The notes under the pieces are model-generated. The model was not told where the DNA came from, did not search any database, and was given only the letters and a program-made list of their open reading frames with translations. 42,538 nt of DNA from a virus (Duplodnaviria > Heunggongvirae > Uroviricota > Caudoviricetes), in IMG/VR virus record IMGVR_UViG_2537561945_000004; one strand, given 5' to 3'. The first letter of the stretch is position 1. Each line of letters opens with the position of its first letter. A program made the position numbers and the translations under genes. Positions 27,200 through 34,558 of this stretch are shown in pieces.

Positions 27200-27216
27200 A
27201 TTACCTTAAAGGTATA
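27200..27216. promoter_or_regulatory. Operator-like palindrome variant ATTACC-TTAAA-GGTATA overlapping RBS of 27220 gene
   Basis: One-mismatch variant (GGTAT) immediately upstream of ATG 27220. Confidence 0.4.
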
Positions 27217-27219
27217 ATC

Positions 27220-28038
27220 ATGAAAAACTTCAAGGTAATTAGCATGTTTGAATCGTTCAAAGAGCTGTTTTTATCTACTGCCAATACTGCCGTGAATCGA
27301 GCCAAAAACCCTGTGCTTGGTGCTTTTGTTATGTCCTGGTGCGCCTTCAACTGGAAATCAATTCTTTATCTATTTTTTAGCAAATCAAACATAATAGATA
27401 AAATTTCATATATCTCAGATAACAGCACATGGAAAACTGTTATGTTTTATCCATGCTTATCTGTAATTGCTATCTGCTGCCTATTACCATGGGTAAACAA
27501 TATCATTAACGTATGGCAAGCAAAGCCTCTTGATAATAATGACTCAATCGAAAATCACCTGAAGGCAAGAAAAATCCAGCGTGAAACAAGGCTGCAGAGG
27601 TTATTGGCTAAAAAAGATGTTACATACGACAAAGTTAAGACTGGCGCGGAAAAAGACATCCAAGAGATGAAAGAAGAGATTATTCGTTCAAAGAATAGTA
27701 TGGGGGAATTGACTGCCGAGTTGAAAGCTAAAGATGACGAATTGAGATCCGCCAGTGCTCAGTTAGCAGCTCTAAATCATTCATTAAAAGAGATATCGGA
27801 AACTCTTGGAAGAATGAATGAGGCATATAAGACCCTCCAAAATGATTTCGACGAATACAAACTCAAATACCCTGAAAAATCTCAAATAAAAAGCCTTGCA
27901 CTTGGCAACGGCCAAACAATTAGCAACTTTTTGGAGCAACACAACTTATCCGGATTAAAATCTGGTAAGCCAAACGTTTTTAATAACTTTGGTGTTCTAT
28001 CTGGATTATCAGGTTTCGAGGATAAAAATAAAGACTAA
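27220..28038 (+). CDS. AT-rich moron: membrane-anchored coiled-coil protein, function unknown (candidate exclusion/abortive-infection-type protein)
   Basis: ATG 27220 (track ORF starts upstream at 27148); two hydrophobic segments then long charged coiled-coil; markedly lower GC than neighbours; opposite strand to the late operon; stop overlaps terminase large stop. Confidence 0.55.
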   Translation: MKNFKVISMFESFKELFLSTANTAVNRAKNPVLGAFVMSWCAFNWKSILYLFFSKSNIIDKISYISDNSTWKTVMFYPCLSVIAICCLLPWVNNIINVWQAKPLDNNDSIENHLKARKIQRETRLQRLLAKKDVTYDKVKTGAEKDIQEMKEEIIRSKNSMGELTAELKAKDDELRSASAQLAALNHSLKEISETLGRMNEAYKTLQNDFDEYKLKYPEKSQIKSLALGNGQTISNFLEQHNLSGLKSGKPNVFNNFGVLSGLSGFEDKNKD

Positions 28039-29510
28039 GCATATGGATCGTACTCGGTAAGCGCCTTGCCTTGCTGGTTCTGCTGCCCGGGAAGTCGCAG
28101 GCGCTTTGACACCGGGAAAGCAAACGTCAGCAGTAGCGCATCGCCTTTACCAGGCGAACGCCCAAGTCGTTCTTTGATATCTTCCTTCGGTTCGATAACG
28201 ATTTTACCGTCCACGCGAACTTTGTACTCTGCCGCCGACAGATCGTCCGCTGTTTCCTGGTCATCCAGCATCCCGCCCAACCTCAGCCATGTCTTGCATG
28301 AGTTGAACATCTCCCCACGCTTGTTAAGCATCTGCGGGTCAGTGGACGCACCGCCGAACGGAACAAGTTGCCATGTACGTCCCCAGCCATCACCGATTGA
28401 CTTCAAACCGGTTCCGTAACCGAAGTCGATGAACACCGCGTCAGCCTGATACTGGTCTTCAAAGTCAGCGATACGCTTCGCCATAATCAGATCGTCGGTA
28501 GTCTTGTTGCCAGTCCACAGCACCTTACTGTGTAGCCCCTGCCGCAGGTATATCACCGCGTCATCAACGCCTGAATATGCCGGGTCAACACCGATTATCA
28601 CCGGAGCATGCGCCACCTGCGCAGCGGTCACCACCCGTTTCATTGCCTCATCAGTAAGACCGGTAGGGATAAACTGCAATTCAGATGCATCAGGGAATAT
28701 GCCGCGCACACGGATTTTAACGAAGTCGCTGTCTTCCCCGTAGTCATCAACCCATTTCTGCAACTGCTGTTTGTTAGTGCCTTCCACCGTCCGGCTGTCA
28801 ATCTGCGCAGTTTTCCAGCGGTGTTTATACTTGCGGAAACATTCACGGAATCGCCCGGTGTTACGTGTCGGGTTTCCGAACGCCACCCAGATAATCTCAG
28901 TGTCTTCGTCCGTAAGCGCACCCTCAGCAACTTCCCACACCAGATCCGCAATATTCGACGCTTCATCGAATACCACGATGATGCGTTTGCGCTCGTTGTG
29001 TAGTCCGGCGAATGCCTCTGTGTTGTGCTCAGACCAGGGGATTGCGTCAGCTCGCCACCGCTTGTCGTGCCCAGGATCATTGCTGTACATCGCGGTAGCG
29101 GTACAGGTAAACCAGTCTTTCGTGATAGCAAGGTTCGACCACTTGATAATTTCCGGCCAGGTCTTCGTTCGTAGCTGGTTGTCGGTGTTGGCGGTCACCA
29201 CGACCTTACAATCCTCGCAAGTGGACATGCCCCAGTTGATCAGCATTGAGATGAATGCGGATTTACCAATACCGTGACCAGAAGCGCGTGCCAGCATAAG
29301 CGGCTGATAGCGCGTCTCTGGATTCTGCAGGTGATCACGTATCTCTCGGAACGCATCAGCCTGCCACTGACGTGGGCCGGTGGCATGTGCCAGTTCAGTC
29401 CCCTCTTCCCCCCACGGGAACGCATAGAGGGCATAGCCAAGCGGATCGTGAGTGAACCCTGCAATATCCTCGATCAACTGCTCTTCAGGAGATAACGCTG
29501 TATCTGTCAC
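28035..29510 (-). CDS. Terminase large subunit
   Basis: 491 aa; ATPase N-terminal and nuclease C-terminal terminase architecture; overlaps terminase small stop. Confidence 0.75.
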   Translation of the reverse strand: MTDTALSPEEQLIEDIAGFTHDPLGYALYAFPWGEEGTELAHATGPRQWQADAFREIRDHLQNPETRYQPLMLARASGHGIGKSAFISMLINWGMSTCEDCKVVVTANTDNQLRTKTWPEIIKWSNLAITKDWFTCTATAMYSNDPGHDKRWRADAIPWSEHNTEAFAGLHNERKRIIVVFDEASNIADLVWEVAEGALTDEDTEIIWVAFGNPTRNTGRFRECFRKYKHRWKTAQIDSRTVEGTNKQQLQKWVDDYGEDSDFVKIRVRGIFPDASELQFIPTGLTDEAMKRVVTAAQVAHAPVIIGVDPAYSGVDDAVIYLRQGLHSKVLWTGNKTTDDLIMAKRIADFEDQYQADAVFIDFGYGTGLKSIGDGWGRTWQLVPFGGASTDPQMLNKRGEMFNSCKTWLRLGGMLDDQETADDLSAAEYKVRVDGKIVIEPKEDIKERLGRSPGKGDALLLTFAFPVSKRLRLPGQQNQQGKALTEYDPYA

Positions 29511-30100
29511 TGATTGCCATCCTGACGTTCTTTCAGTCTCTTCCTGGCTGCCGCTATGCGATCAGCAATTGTCACATTCACATTAACATCCAGACGTTCT
29601 TTGAATGCATTGACATCGACGTGCTTACCAATCAGCTCAAGGTTCTTCACCTTGTCAGGCCATTTAATTTTTTTGAGGATTGTCTCTATCGAATCCTCGT
29701 TCATGTTCATGATGGTCGATGACAGATCAAAGCCGCTAAGCGTAGTGCGCCAGATTTTCGGCCACTCGCGGATTGGCTTAAGGCTCCCATCGTCGTTGAG
29801 GATATCAATCACGTCCATCTGGTCGATCTCCACCAAGCGCATGAGAACGTAATCAGCACTGACACGCATTCGTTTGTTGCGTTCCTCCATCAGCTCGGCA
29901 ATCCGTTTCTGAATGCGTTCATCGCGCATCATGACACTGGCTTTAACTGCCGCTGTATTTGGGGAGAATCCTGCGTTAATCGCTGCCTGAGTCTGGTTTT
30001 CAGGCATTTTGATGTATGACTGGCAATAAGCCTCCTGCATTGCTGTTAGTGGCTTAAATTGCGTTGATTTGCGTTTATAGGTTTTAGGTTCAGCAGGCAT
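29507..30100 (-). CDS. Terminase small subunit
   Basis: ATG 30100 with GGTGG RBS (MPAEPKTYKRKS...); track ORF extends to 30181 across the operator and terminator, which I reject. Confidence 0.6.
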   Translation of the reverse strand: MPAEPKTYKRKSTQFKPLTAMQEAYCQSYIKMPENQTQAAINAGFSPNTAAVKASVMMRDERIQKRIAELMEERNKRMRVSADYVLMRLVEIDQMDVIDILNDDGSLKPIREWPKIWRTTLSGFDLSSTIMNMNEDSIETILKKIKWPDKVKNLELIGKHVDVNAFKERLDVNVNVTIADRIAAARKRLKERQDGNQ

Positions 30101-30120
30101 AATAACCACCCTGGTAATTG

Positions 30121-30135
30121 TTACCGTTGTGGTAA
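30121..30135. promoter_or_regulatory. Operator-like palindrome TTACC-GTTGT-GGTAA (overlapping GGTAA-TTG-TTACC at 30113-30125) in front of the late operon
   Basis: Perfect TTACC-N5-GGTAA 15-30 nt upstream of the terminase small ATG. Confidence 0.5.
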
Positions 30136-30144
30136 TAGTAACAT

Positions 30145-30172
30145 GCAAAATAAAGCCGCCATAGTTGGCGGC
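30145..30172 (-). terminator. Early-operon terminator preceding late genes (tR-prime-like)
   Basis: On the minus strand GCCGCC-aactat-GGCGGC followed by TTTATTTT. Confidence 0.55.
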
Positions 30173-30212
30173 AGTATTCAAAACACATCAAATTCATCAT
30201 GCATAATCTACT

Positions 30213-30225
30213 CGTGACATGTCAC
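30213..30225. repeat. Palindrome CGTGACATGTCAC (copy 2 of GTGACATGTCAC), overlapping stop codon of 30222-30569
   Basis: Seen directly; same 12-bp core as at 10016-10027. Confidence 0.5.
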
Positions 30226-30569
30226 ACTATTAATTTCGTTTCATGCCAGCCTTTAGTCACCCAGCATTGCGAGTCACCATTACACGGGCATGAATTAACT
30301 GGAACTCTCTCGCCGCACTTACCGCAACGTTTTCTGCTGATCGATTTTATACGCCCGCGCACGCGTGCATCATCCTGGCGGATCAGTAACGCTATATACT
30401 CACCAAATTCGTAAGGCGCACGCCCGGGGCGACGTGTGGCACAGTTACGCTCCAGCATTTCAATTTCCTGAGCATCAAGCACAATCTCCAGCTTACGTAC
30501 ACCGGATTCAGCTTGTCTGGCTCTCTGAGCGGCTTTGCGTTCTGCGGGGGATTTAGCCACGAATCGCAC
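30222..30569 (-). CDS. Zinc-ribbon protein upstream of late operon (possible late-gene regulator/antiterminator)
   Basis: C-terminal CGKCGERVPVNSCPCNGDSQC cysteine cluster; position corresponds to lambda Q; start uncertain (GTG 30569 or ATG 30458 with AGGAAA RBS). Confidence 0.4.
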   Translation of the reverse strand: MRFVAKSPAERKAAQRARQAESGVRKLEIVLDAQEIEMLERNCATRRPGRAPYEFGEYIALLIRQDDARVRGRIKSISRKRCGKCGERVPVNSCPCNGDSQCWVTKGWHETKLIV

Positions 30570-30675
30570 TCCACGCCAGATTGATTAATGACTCCCAGGC
30601 AATATAAACCCGGATACCAGCAGCCAGGCCGAAACCAATCACCATGGCATAAAGCAGAGCGTTGCACTTGTTCAT
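30553..30675 (-). CDS. Small hydrophobic peptide (40 aa)
   Basis: ATG 30675 overlapping the DUF551 gene stop, preceded by AGGAGG with 8-nt spacing; MNKCNALLYAMVIGFGLAAGIRVYIAWESLINLAWSAIRG; not in ORF track (below cutoff). Confidence 0.3.
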   Translation of the reverse strand: MNKCNALLYAMVIGFGLAAGIRVYIAWESLINLAWSAIRG

Positions 30676-31526
30676 CACTTCACCTCCTGCGGCGGTTCTG
30701 GTAGAGGCATCCAGTCGGTTACATTGCGGCTCTGCGTTTCGAAGAACTCCTCACCATTGCGGACAACATCAAAAAACTCACCGTCTCGATATTGTGCATA
30801 AAGAACGAATGCACCATCACATAAAATAATTACGTGCTGACCATCATCAGGCATTTGCTCACTACAGCTTATCCAACCATCCGGAGTTACCGGAGAGTTG
30901 CCAGCCAGTCTACGCAAAACAGCCTTAACAGCCTCAATACGGTCATCATCGTAACTTTCCGCCGTATCTATGCGGTAGAGCATGATGATTGCGTTATCAA
31001 TATCAGGATTGCCAGTCCACTCATTACCGCGATTGGATTCGGCAGCCTGGTTGCCGCGTACTGGTTGATTCTCGGCTTTACCCTGTCTGTCGTCGCTGCA
31101 TGAATGCCCTTCCAGCCAGGCCAATGCTTGTCGCATGAAATATGCAATATGTTTGCCGTGGTAATCGTCTTCATCGATGTGAAAAGCGATACTGCGGATG
31201 TATTCAATTGCGTTTTCAATGGCCTCCGGCGTTATCGGCGCTGGCGGTGCGGTATAAAACTTCGTCCCCAACGGCAACAACTTCATCGCTTTTTCTCCCT
31301 TAATGATGCGATAAGTTGATTTCCCGCCAAGGTCTACCGTTCCATCCATAACAAGGCCATGTTGCTTCTCTGAAACTTCACCAATAGGCTCTGCTTCCAG
31401 CGATGCCAGCGCAATTCGTGCCAGTTCTTCCGCTTCTTCTGCTGGCAGTACAACGTTGCTACCCGGTCCGTATGTTTCGCGCCACTGCTTGATTGTCAGC
31501 AGTCGCTCTTTGGTAATAGTGGTCAT
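30675..31526 (-). CDS. DUF551-domain phage protein
   Basis: C-terminal ..DGQHVIILCDGAFVLYAQYRDGEFF...VTDWMPLPEPP matches the DUF551 pattern common in lambdoid nin regions. Confidence 0.55.
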   Translation of the reverse strand: MTTITKERLLTIKQWRETYGPGSNVVLPAEEAEELARIALASLEAEPIGEVSEKQHGLVMDGTVDLGGKSTYRIIKGEKAMKLLPLGTKFYTAPPAPITPEAIENAIEYIRSIAFHIDEDDYHGKHIAYFMRQALAWLEGHSCSDDRQGKAENQPVRGNQAAESNRGNEWTGNPDIDNAIIMLYRIDTAESYDDDRIEAVKAVLRRLAGNSPVTPDGWISCSEQMPDDGQHVIILCDGAFVLYAQYRDGEFFDVVRNGEEFFETQSRNVTDWMPLPEPPQEVK

Positions 31527-31536
31527 TTGTTAGTCC

Positions 31537-32292
31537 TTAAACTGCCAGTTGCAATTGCATTTCAAAGCGGTCGCGTTGTTCACAATACGCAAGAGAACCA
31601 GGGCTATTGTGTGCCTCAATCCGTTCTACCATTAATGCTGCGCGTGTCTCTTTACTTGCAGGTGCATAAGCCCCAGACCAGGCTTTATCAATACCGATGT
31701 TTCGAGCGACGTTCGTACTATCTGCGCTGGCTAAGGGTAATTTTGTGAATATCAGCGGATTTAACATGCGCAATCCATGTAGTTTCGTAACCGGCTGACC
31801 ATGCTCATCAACAATGTGACAAATCAGGTCTTTCATTCTGGCTACCGCAAGAGTTGGGCGCTTTACGTCATAGTCTCCACAACTACCGATAGCCACTCGC
31901 GGAAACTCATTGCACAAATGAATAAACCGCTCGTCACTTTCATTCATGTGCCACACTGGAACGTCAGATAGTTTTCCGTGAGGCCACTCATTCAGAAGCG
32001 CATCATTTTCCTCCTCTCCGCCATCAATAACATCCGGGATAATGGCAAAATCGAATCCTGGGTGATTCTTCCAGCGAGCGACAAACTCGTAGTAATCGCT
32101 CCAGTCGATTTTGTTTTTGCCAGCTGCTTTCCAGGCGGTGAATGCACCGTTGTCCAGCGCGAACGACTGACAGTATTCAGCCGCGAGATTGATCTGTCCT
32201 GAATGCGCAAAACTGATAAACGCATGCCGCCCTTTCCATGCTCTCATTGCGCACGTATCAGGAGTAATAGGCCCACCGTGATAATGAATCAT
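31537..32292 (-). CDS. Hypothetical protein; candidate tRNA-guanine transglycosylase (TGT)/DpdA-like enzyme
   Basis: ATG 32292 with AAGGAG RBS (MIHYHGGPITP...); weak motif-level resemblance to TGT superfamily (HGGPITP, LDNGAF); assignment tentative. Confidence 0.35.
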   Translation of the reverse strand: MIHYHGGPITPDTCAMRAWKGRHAFISFAHSGQINLAAEYCQSFALDNGAFTAWKAAGKNKIDWSDYYEFVARWKNHPGFDFAIIPDVIDGGEEENDALLNEWPHGKLSDVPVWHMNESDERFIHLCNEFPRVAIGSCGDYDVKRPTLAVARMKDLICHIVDEHGQPVTKLHGLRMLNPLIFTKLPLASADSTNVARNIGIDKAWSGAYAPASKETRAALMVERIEAHNSPGSLAYCEQRDRFEMQLQLAV

Positions 32293-32293
32293 C

Positions 32294-32785
32294 TCACTCT
32301 CCTTTGATGCGAATGCCTGTTGCAATGCTGTTTATGATGCTGTCAGTGCATGGGGTAGAAAGCTGGGCATCTCCAGCAATTTTCATGACCTCAACATCTG
32401 CATATCGAATACCGAGGTGTATCAGACCGGCTATACCTGACTTAAGCCGAGCATTTTCCATAAACAGATCCTTTGCCCGCTGTTTTTCTGCCTCAAGCTC
32501 AACGCGCAGCTTCCCTACCGTTAGCGCAATATCCTCGTTCTCCTGGTCGCGGCGTTTGATGTATTGCTGGTTCCTTTCCCGTTCATCCAGTAGTGCCAAA
32601 GCAATCTTTGGATTAAAGGCAGCAATAAATTCAGCGTTGTTTTTCAGGACGTGTTGCGCAATGGCCTGACTACTTAGTCGGACCTCATAACCACGTGCGC
32701 CACGGTGTGGTTTATATGAGTCCCAGTCTCCCCACGTTGCTTTCTCTGCCGCCTCACGCAGTGCATGATAGTCAATCTTGTTCAC
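32294..32785 (-). CDS. Ea22-like coiled-coil protein
   Basis: N-terminus MNKIDYHALREAAEKATWGDW typical of ead/Ea22-like lambdoid proteins. Confidence 0.5.
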   Translation of the reverse strand: MNKIDYHALREAAEKATWGDWDSYKPHRGARGYEVRLSSQAIAQHVLKNNAEFIAAFNPKIALALLDERERNQQYIKRRDQENEDIALTVGKLRVELEAEKQRAKDLFMENARLKSGIAGLIHLGIRYADVEVMKIAGDAQLSTPCTDSIINSIATGIRIKGE

Positions 32786-33249
32786 TGGACGCCTCCTTTG
32801 CGAAGCTGGGCGGCGAACTCGTTAAGTGATATGTAGCAATCTCCAAATGTTAACGAGCCGCTCGACTGCATATGCTCCATAGCCATCTCTACCACCTGCG
32901 CCCGCACTTCAGCCATGAAAGCATCGGTGGCTGGGGTTTCAACACGGATGCTGTCGCGCAAGATGAAAAATGCATCAAGCATTCCAGTCTCCGGAACTTC
33001 ATCCTGATACTTCTCATACGCATCAAGAGCCTTCATCATCTCAGGTCCGAATGGTTGAGGGTGCGCAGATTTCAGTCTCGCATTCTCCGCTGCCAGCGCA
33101 TTAGCACGCACCAGTTGCACTTCCAGTTGCGTTGCCAAATCGCTGATCAGCTTTGCCACACTGCGCATATCAACGGCACCACATTCTGCTTTCAGTTCCG
33201 AAGCCATCTCATGCCCGGCGGCAACTAACCCTTTGATATTACTTTCCAT
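32782..33249 (-). CDS. Ea22-like / hypothetical coiled-coil protein
   Basis: ORF track; helical charged protein adjacent to the Ea22-like gene. Confidence 0.4.
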   Translation of the reverse strand: MESNIKGLVAAGHEMASELKAECGAVDMRSVAKLISDLATQLEVQLVRANALAAENARLKSAHPQPFGPEMMKALDAYEKYQDEVPETGMLDAFFILRDSIRVETPATDAFMAEVRAQVVEMAMEHMQSSGSLTFGDCYISLNEFAAQLRKGGVQ

Positions 33250-33310
33250 CTTTACCCTCGCTTATCCACATAACTTATTGATTACATTGATAACTAAAAA
33301 GATCGTCGAT

Positions 33311-33655
33311 TCAGAACTCTTCTATGTTCCAGCCACCACCTGCTTTCTTTGGTTTAACCGTTACCCCGATGATTCGGAACGGATACTGATCTGCGGCGAC
33401 TTTGGTTTTCACCCTGGCGTCGTCGGTCCAGAAACCTTTCACTTCGTGCAGTTCCATCTCGCCGGTGGCGAGCATCACAGCAAAATCGGGCGTATAGAAC
33501 GTGTTGTCAGCTAACCGCAGCTTGATACCCTCAAATCGATACCAGACGATTTCTCCTGCACGTTTACGCAGCTCAAGGTGCTGGCAATACGCAGATTCTG
33601 TTTTGTTCATTTGGCCTGTTTTGAGTCGACCAAGAGCCTGTATCTGTTTTCTCAT
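33311..33655 (-). CDS. DUF1064-family phage protein (resolvase/nuclease-like fold)
   Basis: Pattern MRKQIQALGRLKTGQMNKTESAY..LELRKRAGEI..YRFEGIKLRLA...YTPDF; operator motif immediately upstream. Confidence 0.5.
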   Translation of the reverse strand: MRKQIQALGRLKTGQMNKTESAYCQHLELRKRAGEIVWYRFEGIKLRLADNTFYTPDFAVMLATGEMELHEVKGFWTDDARVKTKVAADQYPFRIIGVTVKPKKAGGGWNIEEF

Positions 33656-33658
33656 GAT

Positions 33659-33673
33659 TTACCCCTTAGGTAA
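33659..33673. promoter_or_regulatory. Operator-like palindrome TTACC-CCTTA-GGTAA
   Basis: Perfect TTACC-N5-GGTAA directly upstream of the DUF1064 gene start. Confidence 0.45.
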
Positions 33674-33720
33674 TTAAAAACCACATAAGACATGAAATCA
33701 ATAAAGATTAGAACATTTTG

Positions 33721-33735
33721 TTACCCAACAGGTAA
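33721..33735. promoter_or_regulatory. Operator-like palindrome TTACC-CAACA-GGTAA
   Basis: Perfect TTACC-N5-GGTAA about 65 nt upstream of the DUF1064 gene. Confidence 0.45.
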
Positions 33736-33772
33736 TCATGTAGGCGTAAAAAAATGCGCTATCGCGCTGGTA

Positions 33773-34558
33773 TTACTTGATAAATCCTGCCGCCTTTCCC
33801 CGCCTGTATTCCTCTATCAGCCACTGCGCCGGTGTTATTCCCCCCAGGGTGGCGGCGTTAGGCATGCACCCGAAACTTCGCCCTGGTGGATGGTAAACGT
33901 TTCTCCCAGTGTCAGGAGGCGTACTCATGGGTTCTGGCTTTGCCTGTATGCTGATCACCGGATCGGGTATCTGCTGTCCGGAAGCCACCTTTTTCGCCCA
34001 ATCATCGAGCAGCCTGCGCGCGTGTTTCTCAACCTCAATCTCGCTAAGCTGGCGCTGATACATTGCACGGCGGGTATCACATACGACCCAGTACATAACC
34101 GGATGTCGCCACGGGAATCTTTCGGGACCACCAGGATATAAACTTTTTTCCTTGCTGTACCGGTGAAACTCCGCCATCACATCGTCAATGGTGACGCCAA
34201 GAACCATCTTGCTGTCTTTACACCACTTGATGAATTGCCCAGGCGACGGCCAGAACGGAGATTCACTGGCGCGGGCGTGGCGCATACCAGCAGAAACCTG
34301 TTCACGGGTTCGGATCCCCCCTTCGGCAAACGCAGCAATCCACTGCTGTTTTGCAGCTACTTCCTGCTCTGGCGTCTTCAGGTTGGTTACCACTGCCGCC
34401 GGAAACAGTTGTTTCAGCTGTTTGAAAAGGGCATCAACAAGCCTCTCTGCTGACATGTTAACCACATTGTCATTGTTGACGTACTGATGCTCATAACCTG
34501 ACATGCGAGAAAGGGCTTCTCCGTCACGGTTTTGTATCGCGGTAAAAACGTTGTTCAC
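33773..34558 (-). CDS. Replication protein P-like (DnaB helicase loader)
   Basis: ..QQWIAAFAEGGIRTREQVSAGMRHARASESPFWPSPGQFIKWCKDS.. parallels lambda P (RRQWVLAFRENGITTMEQVNAGMRVARRQNRPFLPSPGQFVAWCREE); GTG 34558 with GGAGGA RBS overlapping O-like stop (GTGA). Confidence 0.65.
   Translation of the reverse strand: MNNVFTAIQNRDGEALSRMSGYEHQYVNNDNVVNMSAERLVDALFKQLKQLFPAAVVTNLKTPEQEVAAKQQWIAAFAEGGIRTREQVSAGMRHARASESPFWPSPGQFIKWCKDSKMVLGVTIDDVMAEFHRYSKEKSLYPGGPERFPWRHPVMYWVVCDTRRAMYQRQLSEIEVEKHARRLLDDWAKKVASGQQIPDPVISIQAKPEPMSTPPDTGRNVYHPPGRSFGCMPNAATLGGITPAQWLIEEYRRGKAAGFIK

Noticed and set aside
28066-29277. Plus- and minus-strand ORFs nested in the terminase large subunit gene (28066-28419, 28608-29003, 28640-29131, 28771-29277)
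   Set aside because: Overlap a well-supported terminase ORF in alternative frames; no independent support.
30392-30667. 91-aa minus-strand ORF overlapping the zinc-ribbon gene and small peptide
   Set aside because: Trp/Cys-rich alternative frame overlapping two better-supported ORFs; no RBS.
33692-34141. 149-aa plus-strand ORF opposite the P-like replication gene
   Set aside because: Starts inside the operator-bearing intergenic region and runs antisense through the P-like gene, which has clear lambda P similarity.
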